The notes: generated by a model not told the origin, from the sequence alone. A stretch of 45,890 nucleotides of DNA from Prasinococcaceae sp. CCMP 1430 (GCA_013416795.1 RQSC01000722.1:1-45890); one strand, 5' to 3'. Counted from the stretch's first letter, positions 1 through 13,089 are shown. Numbers and translations are program-made.

Positions 1-1946
1 GGGTATGGCTACTCGGAGAGCGATGGATGCTCGTCGTGCCAGGCGAGTGGAAGCGTGTGGGTCGGCGCGGTGGCTGGAGCGCTCGCGCTCGCGCTCGTCG
101 TGGTGCTGCTCTACTGGCGGCCATTCCTGCCGCGCGTCGATGCCCCCCACTCGCCGCGAGACTTTGCGTACCGCTCAAAAATGCGTCGCAAGCGGCGCTT
201 CTTCTTCGTCGACCCAGCCTTCGACTCGGCGCTCCGCAGGCTCCGGCAGCGCCTCTGGCGCGAGTCCGTCGAGAGTGACCTCGAGCGCAGCAGCGCAGCG
301 GCGCACGCGCGCGTGCTGATCGCCTTCGTGCAGGTCGTCGCAACGGTGGATGTGACCTTTGACATTCCCTGGCCGAAGGCTTTCCTTGACATGGTGAAGG
401 CGCTCAAGGTGATCAACCTGGACGTGCTTGCGCTGCCCAGCGCACGCTGCTCTCTGGAAACGTGGGACTTCTTCGACAAGCTGTGGCTGTGGCTGTGCGC
501 TCCGGCGGCCTTGGGCGTCGCGACGCTCCTGCTGTACGCGGCGGGTCGCCTCTACGCCGGCGGCGACGAGGCCCTCCGCCCTCGCCTGGCGCGCTTCCGC
601 GCCAACGTGTGGCGCAACTCGCTGTTCGCCCTCTTCTTGGTCTACCCCATTCTGTCGGCCACGCTGCTGAAGACGTTTCACTGCCGCGAGGTGGACGGCG
701 CGCGCTGGCTCTCGAGCGACCTGCGCCTGCGATGCGACACCGCCGCGCACGAGCGCGCGGAGATGCTTGCGTCCGTCGGCATTGCTCTCTACGTGGCGGG
801 CATCCCGCTCTTCTTCCTGCTGGCCATGCTCCGCCACGGCGTGCCCGCCATCGCCGCCAGGCACCGCACGGCGCGGCACCGCGCGTTGCGGGAGGACCAC
901 CCGTAGCGCGAGTTGCTCCTGCGTCTGCTCCACCTGCGGCACGAGCCGTACCTCTACGCCCGCCTGCTGCGCGAGCGCGCCACCCTCGAGCAGCTGTTCG
1001 AGGGCGAGGTGCGCGTCGGGACGAGGCTCGCGCAAACGCTCGCCGGCGACGGGTCGGAGAATGCCCAGCGGCCCGGCGGTGACACCCCCGCGTCGCCGCA
1101 GTCCAAGACCGCCGGGCAGGGCGAGGACGGACCCGCGTCGCCACGGTCGGGGAAGGCATCGCGAGCGGCCTCCTTCGCCGCCGACGACGGTGCGGCGCGC
1201 GAGGCGCTGGTCGCGTGGGCGGCTGCGCACGCTCCGGTCGGCGAGCTCTGTTTCGGCGCCAAGTCGAGCGCCAGCGCGAGGGGCGCTGCGGCCGGGACGG
1301 CCGTCGGGACGTTTCTTGTCGGGGAGCGCCTTGCCGACGATATCAACGGGCCGCTCGATGCGGACGAGGCGCTCGCGATGCGCCACTGCGGCCAGCTCTT
1401 CGCCTCCTACCACACCGAGTGCTGGTATTGGGAGCTGGTGGAGCTGCTGCGCAAGCTGGTGCTGACCGGCGCGCTGGTCTTCGTCNGGTCTTCGTCGATG
1501 CCGGCGGGAGCGGCCAGGTCGCCGTCGGCCTTCTCGTCGCGTGCTTCTTCCTCGTGTCCAACCTGGCGCTCAGCCCATACGTGGACAATGCGGTGGACCG
1601 CTCCGCACAGGCGGCGCTCGTCGAGATCGCGCTGATCCTCTTCGCCGGCCTGCTGGTCAAGGTGGAGACCGTCGGCGGCACGAACGACTTGCGCGTGATC
1701 GGCGCCCTGCTGGTGGTCACGTCGGGCCTGGTGTTCGCGATGCCCGTGCTGTCGGCCGTGGTCACGCACGGCCCGGCGGCGCGGCGCGCGGCGCGCGGCA
1801 AGCTGTCCAAGCTCAGGGGCGCGCGCATGGCGAGGAGCGCGAGCCGAGGGGAGGTAGGCAAGGTAGAGGAGAAAGAGGGGGAGGGGAATGTCGATCGCGG
1901 CGCACGCGGGCTCGGGGAAGAGCGCGTCGACCTCGACCTCCAGTAA
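1..1946 (+). CDS. Multi-pass membrane protein, C-terminal part (algal/stramenopile TRP-like or GPCR-like TM family); 5'-truncated, interrupted by an in-frame TAG and an assembly frameshift
   Basis: Frame 1 is open from base 1 (GYGYSESDGCSSCQAS, a CxxC before the first TM helix). Family-type motifs: IAFVQVVATVDVTFDIPWP, LFLVYPILSATLLKTFHCREVDGARWLSSDLRLRC, YHTECWYWELVELLRKLVLTG. TAG at 904-906. The n at 1486 is flanked by a duplicated GGTCTTCGTC; deleting 1486-1496 restores the frame into VDAGGSGQVAVGLL...DLDLQ* (stop 1944-1946). Confidence 0.75.
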
Positions 1947-2810
1947 CGGTTGAATCATCAATGAAGACGCGTGCGCCGCGCGCCTTCCATTTCAAGCTGT
2001 GCCGGCCGTCGCGGTGGTCCGCCGCGGCGCGCCGGCCGGACCGCTGCGCGTGCGAATGCGCCGCGTTCCAAGAGGCGTCCACTAAGCGTCCCGAACCCTC
2101 GACACGACCGAAACCCGAAACCTCGACCCGAACCCTCGATGTTTCTTTCCGTTTCCGCGATCCACGGTCATGTCATCACCATCAGAGAGAGTCCGATTCT
2201 CCCAAACACAGCCGACCTCGCGCGCCGCGGCGCCCCCCCGAGGAGTCATCATCATCAACGCCCCTGCAATTCGCCCTTTCGCCGTCGGCCACACACGCGC
2301 GCGCACCCAGAGGCCGCGTGGCGCGACCACGCGCCGCCGCGCGGCGCACTTTCCGCCGCAACGCGCTCTCGAGCGGCACCCCTCCCGCGCTCCCCCCCCC
2401 ACCCCCCCCACCGCGCGCGTGCAACAGGGGAGGGCCGGGGGGCGGGGGGAAGGAAGAACGCAGCAGCAGAGCGGTGGCGGGGGTTCGTCCATGTGTTCGT
2501 CCCTGTACAACTCAGGCTGCGCACGCTTGCTCTGACCACGGCGCGCGCGCGCGCGCGCGCGTGTGTTGGGGGTTGCTTGAGGGGGCGCGCCACTGCGCGG
2601 GCGTGCCGCGCCACTCGCCGGAACCTCGCCCCCCGAAGGCCCCACCGGGGACCCCCCCCCCAGTTCCTTCCCCCCTTCTGCCCCCCCATCGCCGGCGGCG
2701 GCCGCGGCGGGGAGGGCGCCGCGCGCTCGCGGGCAGGTGAACACCCGCCCCACCACCCCGAGCCGCAGACACGCAGCACAACGCACCAGCACAACACAAC
2801 AAAACGCACC

Positions 2811-3298
2811 ATGGCGGCAGCGCAGCAGCACCCCTCTCGCCACAACCTCCTGCCCCCGTCGGACACGCCCGCCTCCCACGAGCTGTCGGCGTTCCTGCAC
2901 GACGCCCTGTCGGCGATCCCCGGCGCCGACCCGGCTACCATCTCCAAGTACGTGCTCACGATGCTGCAGCGCGACATGGGCGAGGCCGAGCTGCAGAGGT
3001 ACTGCGCCGAGCAGCTCGAGGAGATCCTTCTCGACGACGCGGCTCCCCTCACCGCCAAGCTCTTCGAGAAGCTCCGCGAGCTGCGGTCCGCCAGCGCCCC
3101 CCCGGCGCGCTACGACGACCGCCGCGACGACCGCCCCCGCGACCGGAGGTACGACGACCGCCGCGACGACGACCGCCGCCGCGGACGGAGGTATGAGGAC
3201 GACGGGCGCGGGTACCGCGACGGCGGGGGGCGCGAACGCTGGCCCGCCGAGAAGCGGCGGATCTTGGAGGTGGCGGTGGCGGCAGGCGGCTACGGCGG

Positions 3299-3331
<33 letters not shown>

Positions 3332-4732
3332 TGCGCGCGGCATGGGCGGCGGGCGCGGCATGGGCGGCGGGCGCGGTGGCGGCAGGGGCGACAGGCAGCG
3401 GCCGGGCATCCTGCCCGACCCGAACGACCCGAGCCCGCGCGCCGAGTCGAGCCTGCAGGTGCGCCGCATCCCCCCCGAGCTGCTCAACCGCGACATCCTG
3501 CGCGCGCACTTCAAGCGCTTCGGGCGCATCCTCGCGCTGCGCGTGGTGGACCTGAGCGGCGGCGACGACGCCGAGCAGCAGCAGCAGCAGCAGCAGCCGC
3601 AGCAGCGGCAAAGGCGGCGCTTCGGCGTGGCGTACGTGCAGTTCTTCTCCCCGGGCGACGCCCGCGACGCGCTCGAGTGCCCCGACTGGGTGCTCGGCAA
3701 CCGCGGCATCACGCTCGAGTACGCGCGGAAGGAGTGCCTCGACGAGGACGAGGCGCGCGCGCGGCGCGCCAAGCTGATGACGCCCGAGGAGAGGAAGCAG
3801 CAGCGCCGAGAGAGGGCCGAGGCGGCGTCGCGGGCCAAGCAGGAGGCCGCGGCGAGGCGCGCCGAGGAGCAGGCCGAGCTCGCGCGCAAGAAGGCCGAGC
3901 TGGCGTCCATCCAGAAGCAGAAGGCCGCCGTGCTCCAGCAGGCCATCAAGACCCAGAAGGCCATGCTGGCCCAGCTCGGCGAGGAGGTCGACGACGGGGA
4001 GGCTGCCGGTGCCGACGCGGAGATGGCCGACGCGGGGCCCGGCAGCGAGGGCGGCTCCCAGCGGCAGGGGGAGGAGGAGGGGACGCGGCAGGAGCCGGAG
4101 GCCGAAGCGGCCGAGGAGATCGACCCCGAGGCCGCCGCAGCAGCGGCGGCGGAGGCCGCCGCCGCCGCGGAGGCCGCCGAGAGGGAGCGCGCCGCCATGG
4201 CCGCCCAGCTTGAGGAGGCCAAGGTGGCGGCGGCCGCGAAGGTGCGCGCCCGTGCGCCAGTCCTGCGCACCTTTTCCCGTGGCCCCCACGCCCCCCTATG
4301 CCCCTCGATCCCCCACCCCCCGTTCCCACCCCCTGCGTCGCTAACCGCGGCTCGCCGCGCCCCCCCACCTCTACCCCACCCCACCTCACCCACATACCAA
4401 AAACAAACAAACAAAAAACGAGGTGAAAGCGCGCGCGCGAGCGAGGTGTCCGGCGGCTCCGGCGGCGCTACTTCGCGGCGTAGGTCCTCTTCGACGAGCG
4501 CGTCCCGCGCGCCGCTCCCGAGGATCCCAAGCTCGCGGAGCGGCGCAGGATGCGCGAGGCTGCCGCGGCCAAGAAGGCCGAGCTCGAGGCGATGCGCAAG
4601 AAGATCCAAGCGCAGCTGCTCTCGCACAAGAAGACGGAGGCCCCGCCCGCCGGCGCGGGCGACAAGGCCACCGGCGCGGACGCCACCGTCGCGCGCGAGG
4701 ACGCGCCCGCGGACGCGCCCGCGGACGAGTGA
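2811..4732 (+). CDS. RBM26: RNA-binding protein RBM26/RBM27-like (PWI + RRM + coiled coil)
   Basis: ATG 2811. PWI-like ELSAFLHDALSAIPGADPATISKYVLTML...LTAKLFEKL; RD/RGG low-complexity region; RRM SLQVRRIPPELLNRDILRAHFKRFG...VAYVQF...VLGNRGITLEY. Donor GT at 4242 (phase 0), likely acceptor TAG 4481-4483, exon 2 4484-4732 (VLFDERVPR...PADE*). The exon 2 boundary is less certain. Confidence 0.85.
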
Positions 4733-5114
4733 GCGCGGCCGAGCGCGCCTCGATGGGCACCGGCGCGCCGAGCCGTCGCCGCGCTCGGGCCCCAGCGCCC
4801 GCACTCCACCTAGCCACAGGCGCGCGCGCGCGCCGCACTCGCCCCACGCGCGGCACGTAAGGGCTCCAGCGACGGCCTTGCCGCCCTCGATCGCTCTGCC
4901 GCTCCTGGCGAAGACGGAGGCGCGCGCGGCACGCCGGGGGCATGCGTCGTAGAGTACGTCTTACCGTGAGTGGCTGGCGCGGAAACTACAGGAGCGCAGC
5001 ACCACCCTTCCGGGGCTCCTCCGGCCCCGGCCCGCACCCGCCCGCCGGCGCCTCGCCCGCCGGCGCATCGTCCTCGGCCGCCCCGCCACGCTGTTTCAGC
5101 CCCGCCGCCGCGCC

Positions 5115-6689
5115 TTACATGCCCGGCATGCCGGTCATGCCGTTGAGCGTGGGCGCCGGGCCCGAGGGGGCGGGCACGTTCTCGGTCATGACCGCCTGCG
5201 TGGTGAGCACCATGCCCGCGATGGACGCCGCGTTCTCGATGGCGCAGCGCGTGACCTTGGCGGGGTCGATGACGCCCGCCTCGAGCATGTCGCAGTAGGT
5301 GTCGTTCATGGCGTTGTAGCCCATCTCCCACTCGTCGTGCTGCACCTTCTCGACCACCACGGCGCCCTCGACGCCCGCGTTCTCCGCGATGAGGCTCAGG
5401 GGGTGGATGAGGCCCTTCATGACGATGTCGGCGCCCAGCTTCTCCTCGTCGTCGAGGAGCGTCTCGCGGATGGCCGGCACGAGCGTCGAGAGGTGCGCCA
5501 TGGCCGCGCCGCCGCCCGGCGCGATGCCCTCCTCCACCGCCGAGAAGGTGGCGTTCTTGGCGTCCTCGATGCGCAGCTTGCGGTCCTCGAGCTCGGTCTC
5601 GGTGGCCGCCCCCACCTTGATGACCGCCACGCCGCCCGCCAGCTTGGCGATGCGCTCGCTGAGCTTCTCGGTGTCGTACACGCTGTCGGTGCGCTCGAGC
5701 TCCTGCCGGATCTGGCGCACGCGCGCGCTGATCTCCTCCTTGGTGGCCGCGTTGGCGATGAGCGTGGTCGAGTTGTTCGTGACGGTGCACTTGCGGGCGT
5801 CGCCCAGCATGTCGCCGGTGGCCTTCTCGACGGACATGCCCAGGTCGCGCGCGACGTACTCGGCGCCGGTCACGATGGCGATGTCCTGAAGCAGCGCCTT
5901 GCGGCGCTCGCCGAAGCCCGGCGCCTTGATGGCGCACACGTTGAGCACGCCGCGCATCTTGTTGACCACCAGCGTGGCGAGGGCCTCGTCGGTGACGTCC
6001 TCGGCGATGATGAGCAGCTGCTTGCTGACCTTGTTCATCTCCTCGAGGATGGGCACGATCTGCTTGATGTCGGAGATCTTCTCGTCGGTGATGAGCACCT
6101 TGCAGTTCTCGAACTCGGTGAGCAGCTTCTCCTGGTTGGTCACGAACTGCGGCGAGATGTAGCCGCGGTCGATCTCCATGCCCTCCTCGACCTCCACGGT
6201 GGTCTCGAAGGTGGAGCCGGTCTCGATGGACAGCACGCCGTCGGTGCCCACCTTCTCGACGGCGTCCGCGATCAGGTCGCCCACGTACATGTCGTTGCCC
6301 GCGCTGATGGAGGCCACGTTGCGGATGTCGTCCGTGCCCTCGACGGGCTTGGCGCGCTCGCGCAGCGCCTTGACGAGGGCGGCCGCGGTCTTGTCGATGC
6401 CGCGCTTGACGTTGACCGGGTTGGCGCCCGACGCGACGGCGGCCAGGCCGAGCTTGACGAAGCTGCGGGCGAGCACCGACGCGGTGGTGGTGCCGTCGCC
6501 GGCGCTGTCGTTGGTGCGGCCCGCCACCTCGCGGATGAGCTGGGCGCCGGCGTTCTCGACGGCGTCCTCGAGGTCGATGGCGCGCGCGATGGACACGCCG
6601 TCGTTGATGACGCGCGGGTAGCCCGTCTTGTCCTCGAGCACGACGTTGCGGCCGCGGGGGCCGATGGTCACGCCGACCGCGTCGGCCAC
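5115..6689 (-). CDS. CPN60A: Chloroplast chaperonin 60 alpha subunit (main exon; upstream exon(s) not located)
   Basis: [18 protein letters not shown]; [17 protein letters not shown] (alpha-type); [14 protein letters not shown]; [40 protein letters not shown]; C-terminal GMTGMPGM*. Stop TAA 5115-5117, acceptor CAG at 6690-6692. Confidence 0.93.
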   Translation of the reverse strand: MADAVGVTIGPRGRNVVLEDKTGYPRVINDGVSIARAIDLEDAVENAGAQLIREVAGRTNDSAGDGTTTASVLARSFVKLGLAAVASGANPVNVKRGIDKTAAALVKALRERAKPVEGTDDIRNVASISAGNDMYVGDLIADAVEKVGTDGVLSIETGSTFETTVEVEEGMEIDRGYISPQFVTNQEKLLTEFENCKVLITDEKISDIKQIVPILEEMNKVSKQLLIIAEDVTDEALATLVVNKMRGVLNVCAIKAPGFGERRKALLQDIAIVTGAEYVARDLGMSVEKATGDMLGDARKCTVTNNSTTLIANAATKEEISARVRQIRQELERTDSVYDTEKLSERIAKLAGGVAVIKVGAATETELEDRKLRIEDAKNATFSAVEEGIAPGGGAAMAHLSTLVPAIRETLLDDEEKLGADIVMKGLIHPLSLIAENAGVEGAVVVEKVQHDEWEMGYNAMNDTYCDMLEAGVIDPAKVTRCAIENAASIAGMVLTTQAVMTENVPAPSGPAPTLNGMTGMPGM

Positions 6690-7169
6690 CTGCGCGCGGG
6701 AGGGCGGGCGGCGCGGGCGGCGCGGAGGCATCGTACGGCGGCATGGATCCGCGCGGTGGCGGCCAGCTGACGCCCGAGCGCCGCACCGCTGCTGCGTCGT
6801 AGCCTCGCTGCGACAACAGCAGCAGCAGCACACACACAAAAAAAGACGTTGCGAGAGAGACACACGGCCCTGCCGCAGGCGCACGCTCGGGCGGGGTGCG
6901 GGGGGGGTAGGAGGCGCTGTGGGAGACGCACAGAGTCGCGGCGGCGACGGGGTTGAAGTGGGGAGGAGGAGGGCGAGGCGGTGGTTGCCGCCGCGGCGCG
7001 CAGCGCCGCGGCGCGGGGCGCGCGGCGTGTGGTGCGTCTGCTCCCTTCCGCCCCGCGCGTCACAATTCGCGGTGAGCCCGGTGAGGATCAAAAATTGGCG
7101 CAGAAAATTCAAACCGTTGGCGGTACGAACAGAAGCGCCGAGGAGGAGTCTCATTTGAGCAGCTTTGTA

Positions 7170-7209
<40 letters not shown>

Positions 7210-7704
7210 CACACATGCACACATGCACACACACACACGCACACACACACATGCACACACACACATGCACACATGCACACACACACACGCACACAAACAC
7301 ACACATGCACACACACACACGCACACATGCACACACATGCACACACACACGCGTCCAGGTGATGGATGAAAGTATCTGTGTGCGCAAACATTGCCAGCGC
7401 AACATTAAATGATCCAAGGGAGATGATAATGACTGTTAGCTGTGCTGTGCGTGTGCACATAAATACACACGTGCGCGGCACGTGGCCTCTCTCTCGCTCG
7501 CACGCGCGCGCACATGTGTGAGCGGTGGCACGCACTTGCGAGGGCGCGGAGGCGTGCGCAAGGTGCCACACACACACACACACGCACACACACACACACT
7601 TGTGCTTACGCAGACACACTTGTGCTTACGCGCACGAGCACGCGCGTCAGTCACTACCCCCCCCAGCCCGCAGCCCCCAGCTGATCCACCGCCCCGCCGT
7701 TAGC

Positions 7705-9089
7705 ATGGCGGCCCAGATGCGCGCGTGGCGCGCCGGCGCGTACGCGCCCGGCGGCGACGTGGCGGCGGCGCTCAAGGCGGGCACCGCGGTGTCGCTGGAG
7801 CGCCTGCCGGTGCCCGCGCCCGCCGCGGGCGAGGTGCGCGTCAGGGTGTCGTACGCCGCGGTCAACCCCATCGACTGGAAGCTGCTCACCGGCGGCCTGC
7901 ACGCCGCGGCGCCGGTGTCCTTCCCCGCCACGCTGGGCTTCGACCTGTCGGGCGTGGTGGACGCCGTGGGCGCCGGCGTGGACGACCCCGAGCTGGGCGT
8001 CGGCGCCGAGGTGATCGGCAACACGGGCCTCGCCGAGACGTGCAAGCTGCCCCCGCCGGCCGCCGGCAGCTGCGGCGCCATGGCCGAGTACGCCGTGCTG
8101 CCCGCGTCGTGCGTGGCGCCGTTGGCGGGCGCCGGGGTGGGCCTCAAGGAGGCGGCGGGGCTGCCGCTGGTGGGGCTCACCGCGTACCAGGCGCTGCGCA
8201 CGGGCTCGGGCGGCGTGTCCATGGTGGACGGCGGCCCGCTGGGCGACCTGCGCGCGGGCGACAAGCTGCTCGTGCTGGGCGGCGCGTCGGCCACCGGCGC
8301 CTGCGCGCTGCAGATCGCGCGCGCGCTCAACGACGCGGCGGGCGACGCGGGCGAGAAGGCGGGCACCATCGCCACCACCGCCTCGTCGAGCCTCATGCCC
8401 GACGGCAAGACCACCAAGATCGACCACGTCAAGAGCCTCGGCGCGACCAAGGTCATCGACTACAGGACGCAGAAGTGGGCGGACGAGCTCGAGGGCGAGG
8501 GCTTCGACCTCATCTACGACGTGGTGGGCGACGCCGCCGACCTCGCGGCCGCGCCGCGCGTGCTCCGCAAGGGGGGGCTCTTCGTGTCCACCGCCAACTT
8601 CGACCCGGCCAGCAAGAGCACCGAGGTGCGTGGGAGCGCGCGAGGCGCGTGGGTGCGCGCGTCCGGTCGGCGCGCGCGTGTGTGGAAGGGTGTTTGTGTG
8701 TGTGTGTGTGTGTGCGTGTGTGCGCGCGCGTGTGTGTGTGTATGTGTATTTGTTCGCGTGCGTGTGTGTCCTGCAGAAGCGTGTGGGTATGCACGTCAAT
8801 TGACGCCACGACACACTCACACAAACATGCGCACGCGCACCTCTGGCGCACGTGCGAATGCGCGCGGCCATGCGTTTGCGCGGACCGCAACGCGCAGGAC
8901 GTGCGCTTCGCCAACTTCTTCTACGCCGCCAACGGCGCCGACCTGCGCGAGCTGGTGCGCCTGGCGGGCGCCGGGGCGCTGAGCGTGGGCGTCGAGAAGG
9001 TGTACGCCGTCGATGAGCTCCCCGCGGCCATCGAGAGGTCGATGAGCGGCAAGGCCAGCGGCAAGCTGCTGCTCAAATTCGAGGAGTAG
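7705..9089 (+). CDS. NADPH:quinone oxidoreductase-like protein (MDR / zinc-type alcohol dehydrogenase-like superfamily)
   Basis: Exons 7705-8625 and 8898-9089, phase-0 GT-AG intron. Motifs GEVRVRVSYAAVNPIDWK, TLGFDLSGVV, AAGLPLVGLTAYQAL, LLVLGGASATG, LGATKVIDY, FDLIYDVVG, GKASGKLLL. Confidence 0.9.
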
Positions 9090-9221
9090 CGCGCAGGCAC
9101 GCGACTGGTATGAGCGCGCCCGAGCGACGCGCACAGCCCGAGCACGCGAGAAGTTACGCGAGTTATCACAGACGCGAAGATGTACAGTGGCAAGAGCACA
9201 TCGCCCTACCACTTTTATATA

Positions 9222-9226
9222 TGTAA
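9222..9226 (+). promoter_or_regulatory. Candidate UGUAA polyadenylation signal of the quinone reductase gene
   Basis: TGTAA about 130 nt after the stop. UGUAA is the known chlorophyte poly(A) signal. Minus-strand TGTAA also lies at 22148-22152 and 36822-36826 downstream of the VOC-like and EEP genes. Confidence 0.4.
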
Positions 9227-9273
9227 AGAGGCATCTCGCAGACAACATCAATGTGCTGCCTCGAGCAGCGGGT

Positions 9274-10191
9274 TCACGCCGCTGGCGTATCGGCGCCAGC
9301 TTCGAGCAGTAGCCGCACGCATTCGGCATGGCCATGTGCAGCTGCGCTGTGTGTTAAACGCGGCGGCATAATCGCGTAATAATATTGTTGTGTAGCCAAA
9401 AAGTCCAACCACGAATAATTTTCCGCGCCCGCCTCGAGCAGCAGCTTCAGGCATCGTGGGTTGCCGCGTATCGCTGCAGCAGCCAAAGGCGTTATTCCGG
9501 CGTAGTTTGCCTTGTTGACGTCTGCACCTGCTTCGAGCAACAGTCGGACACAATTGGGGTGGCCGTGCTCAGCTGCCAAATACAGAGGGGGCCCCATCGA
9601 TTCGTGAGGGACCCTGTCGTCGTTGGGGCCTTCTCCCTCCCTGTCAAAGTCGACATTCACGCCACGCGAGAGCACGTGTCTGAGGGCGTGTTCCCTGCCC
9701 ACGCGCGAGACGTCTATGAGGACCATATCCCATTCCAACCAAGCCCTGTGCCTGACCACTTTGTCGAGACGAACACCGAGTCCTTCCAAGTCTGCGTCGC
9801 GCTCTTTGCGTGCTTTGATCAGGGCGTCCGTGTTGGTACCCAGAACCCTTTTGGCGAGCAGTAATGCGTGGCGCGCGGTCTCCACCGTAGCGCGCGCGCC
9901 ACAGACATTGTCGATTACGCCGACGTCTTCGCCCTCGCCATCGCTGACGTATAAAGTGTCGAAATAGTACTCGTCATCTCTGCGATCAAAGTACCCGTAG
10001 TAGTGGGGCACCCACAGCAGTTCCCTCTGTACAGCTTCGGCCTCCTTTTCTGCATGGCGCACGTCGTGGGCGCTGACGCCCAACGATTGCATGGCGACGA
10101 GCAGCGCCTTGCGCGCGGTCTCCGCCGCCGCGCGCGCAGCTGCACCGCCGCCGCCGCGGCGCGCACCGCCGACGTCGAACGCGCCCACCAT
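9274..10191 (-). CDS. Ankyrin-repeat protein (about 3 C-terminal ANK repeats, unknown N-terminal region), intronless
   Basis: 305-aa ORF with GPPLYLAAEHGHPNCVRLLLEAGADVN, GITPLAAAAIRGNPRCLKLLLEAGA and AAAHGHAECVRLLLEAGAD. Start codon uncertain. Confidence 0.8.
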   Translation of the reverse strand: MVGAFDVGGARRGGGGAAARAAAETARKALLVAMQSLGVSAHDVRHAEKEAEAVQRELLWVPHYYGYFDRRDDEYYFDTLYVSDGEGEDVGVIDNVCGARATVETARHALLLAKRVLGTNTDALIKARKERDADLEGLGVRLDKVVRHRAWLEWDMVLIDVSRVGREHALRHVLSRGVNVDFDREGEGPNDDRVPHESMGPPLYLAAEHGHPNCVRLLLEAGADVNKANYAGITPLAAAAIRGNPRCLKLLLEAGAENYSWLDFLATQQYYYAIMPPRLTHSAAAHGHAECVRLLLEAGADTPAA

Positions 10192-10534
10192 CTCGCTCGC
10201 GCGCGCGCGAGCGGCTCGAGTCGCGCGCGCCGCGAAGCTCCTCTCTCACACGAACTCGAGCGCCCTCAGGCGCGGCGCCTCCTCGCGAGATGCCGATGCG
10301 GCGGAGGGCCAGTGCAGGCCCCGGCGCGCGCGCTGTGGCGCCTGCGGGCAGCCGCGCGCGCAAAAATGAGCACCGCTGCGATCGCGTTCGAGGCGGGTTT
10401 ACACTCCACTTGATATAGTAAAGTCTCCCGTGGGTAAAACTGTTTGCTTTGCGATTGAGACAACCAGTCGGCATCGCGGTGTCGGCGCACCGCCTGGCCT
10501 TCACTCCTCAGCGGCGCCCGTCGAGGCGCGCCCT

Positions 10535-11385
<851 letters not shown>

Positions 11386-11403
11386 ACGCGCCTCTCCCCG
11401 CGG

Positions 11404-12455
11404 CTAGCACAAGCCCTCGATGCTCAGGAACTCCCCCTCGGCCGAGCGCTTGACGTCGTACGTCTCCACAACCATCTCGCGCGTGATGCCGCCGAAGAGG
11501 TGCGGGAAGCGCTCGCCGCCCGACTGCTCGCCGTCCAGCGGGCGAGTGGTGCCCACGGGGGAGGGCCACTCCCACTTGAGAACCTGTGCGGTGCGTGTGT
11601 GTGTGTGTGTGTCGTGCGTGTGCGCGTGTGTGTGCGTGTACATGTGTGTGTGTGTGTGCGTACGTGTGTGCGCGTTTGCTTGTATGTATCACGTGTATGT
11701 ACGCGCGTAGGCGTGTGTACGCGTTCATACACGTGTTGTGTGCGTGTGTGCAAGCAGCAATGGAGTCAGGGCCGCACACACACACGCCGTCTTACGAGCA
11801 CTCACAGACACGCTCACACACACGCACACACCTACACACACACGCACACGCGCACACATTCACTCACACACACACGCACACACGCACGGACACACACGCC
11901 CACGCGCAGGCGCGCTCGCGCACCTTTCCTGCCTTGGCGATGGTTTCCCGCGTCATCTTGAGGCAGATCCACGGCGCCTCGGTGTCGCGGTAGAAGTGGT
12001 TCGCCACGCCCAGGAGGAACCTGGGGTCCGCCGTGGCGTGCGTGAAGCCGTCCTCCTCGTACGTGGGCGGGAAGTACTCCGCGGCCTCCCCGTCGGCCGC
12101 GCTCGCGACGCGCTCCCACAGCGGCGCCTGCACGAGGTGGTAGACGTCCACGTGCGCGTCGTGGGGGGGGGGGCGCGCCTGCGAGTGTACGGGTGCGCGC
12201 GCGTGTGTGTGTGTGTGTGAGGACGTGTGTGTGTGAGTATGTGTGTGCGTGTGTGGTGTGCGTAGGCGTCCACCAAGTTGGTACACAGACGAACACTCGC
12301 GCAGGGAAACACGCAGGTAGCCGCACGCACACGCACACACACACACACGCACACAAGCGCACACACGCGCACATACACACACAAACGCAAACACACGCAC
12401 ACACACACACACACATACACAAACACACACACACACACACACGCACACGCACACA

Positions 12456-12490
<35 letters not shown>

Positions 12491-12899
12491 GCGCGCGCAC
12501 ACGCACCTTCGACGGGTCGGCGCTCGAGCCCTCCTCGCGGTACGCGGCGTCCGGCGCGAACGCGGGCGCGCACACGGCGATGTACTTGACGCCCGCGGCG
12601 AGCACCGCGCGCGTGCGCTCGCCGCGCGGGATGAAGACGGTGTCGCCCGCCCTGGCCTCGACGGGCGGGAAGTGCGTGGACTCCACGCGCAGCTCGCCCT
12701 CGTGCACGACGAGCCACTCGTCGAAGTCGGGCGTCTGCCAGTCCTCGACGGCGTCGGCCTTGGCCTCGACGGAGGCGACCGACACGGCCGCCGTGCGCGC
12801 GCCCGCGGTGGCGTGCGAGGGCAGCGCGCCGGCGTGCTCGTCGATGCGCACGTGCGGCAGGTCGGCTGCGAGGGCGGGCGCGCCGCAGTTCATGACCAT
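11404..12899 (-). CDS. Cupin domain fused to DUF952 domain
   Basis: Exons 12899-12507, 12178-11924 and 11583-11404, all phase 0 GT-AG. Cupin: QTPDFDEWLVVHEGELRV...AGDTVFIPRGE...KYIAVCAPAF. DUF952: VYHLVQAPLWE...YFPPTYEEDGFTHAT...VANHFY...LKWE...ERFPHLFGGI. Confidence 0.8.
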
Positions 12900-13089
12900 G
12901 GCGGCGTGTGTGTGTGCGTGTGTGTGTGCGCGTGCGCGAGCGCGTGCGCGTGCGCGACGGTGCGTGCACAGAACGCGGCGCGTGGAAGCACGCGTGTGGC
13001 GCGGATGCGCTCGCGGGCACACACACACACACACATACACACACACACGCACGCGCACACGCACACACGCACACACACACACACACACG

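Noticed and set aside
904-906. Reassigned TAG codon (alternative genetic code)
   Set aside because: TAG terminates several well-supported genes in this window at their expected C-termini.
1476-1496. Programmed frameshift in the membrane-protein gene
   Set aside because: A single n flanked by a duplicated 10-mer is a typical contig-join artefact; removing 11 nt restores the frame.
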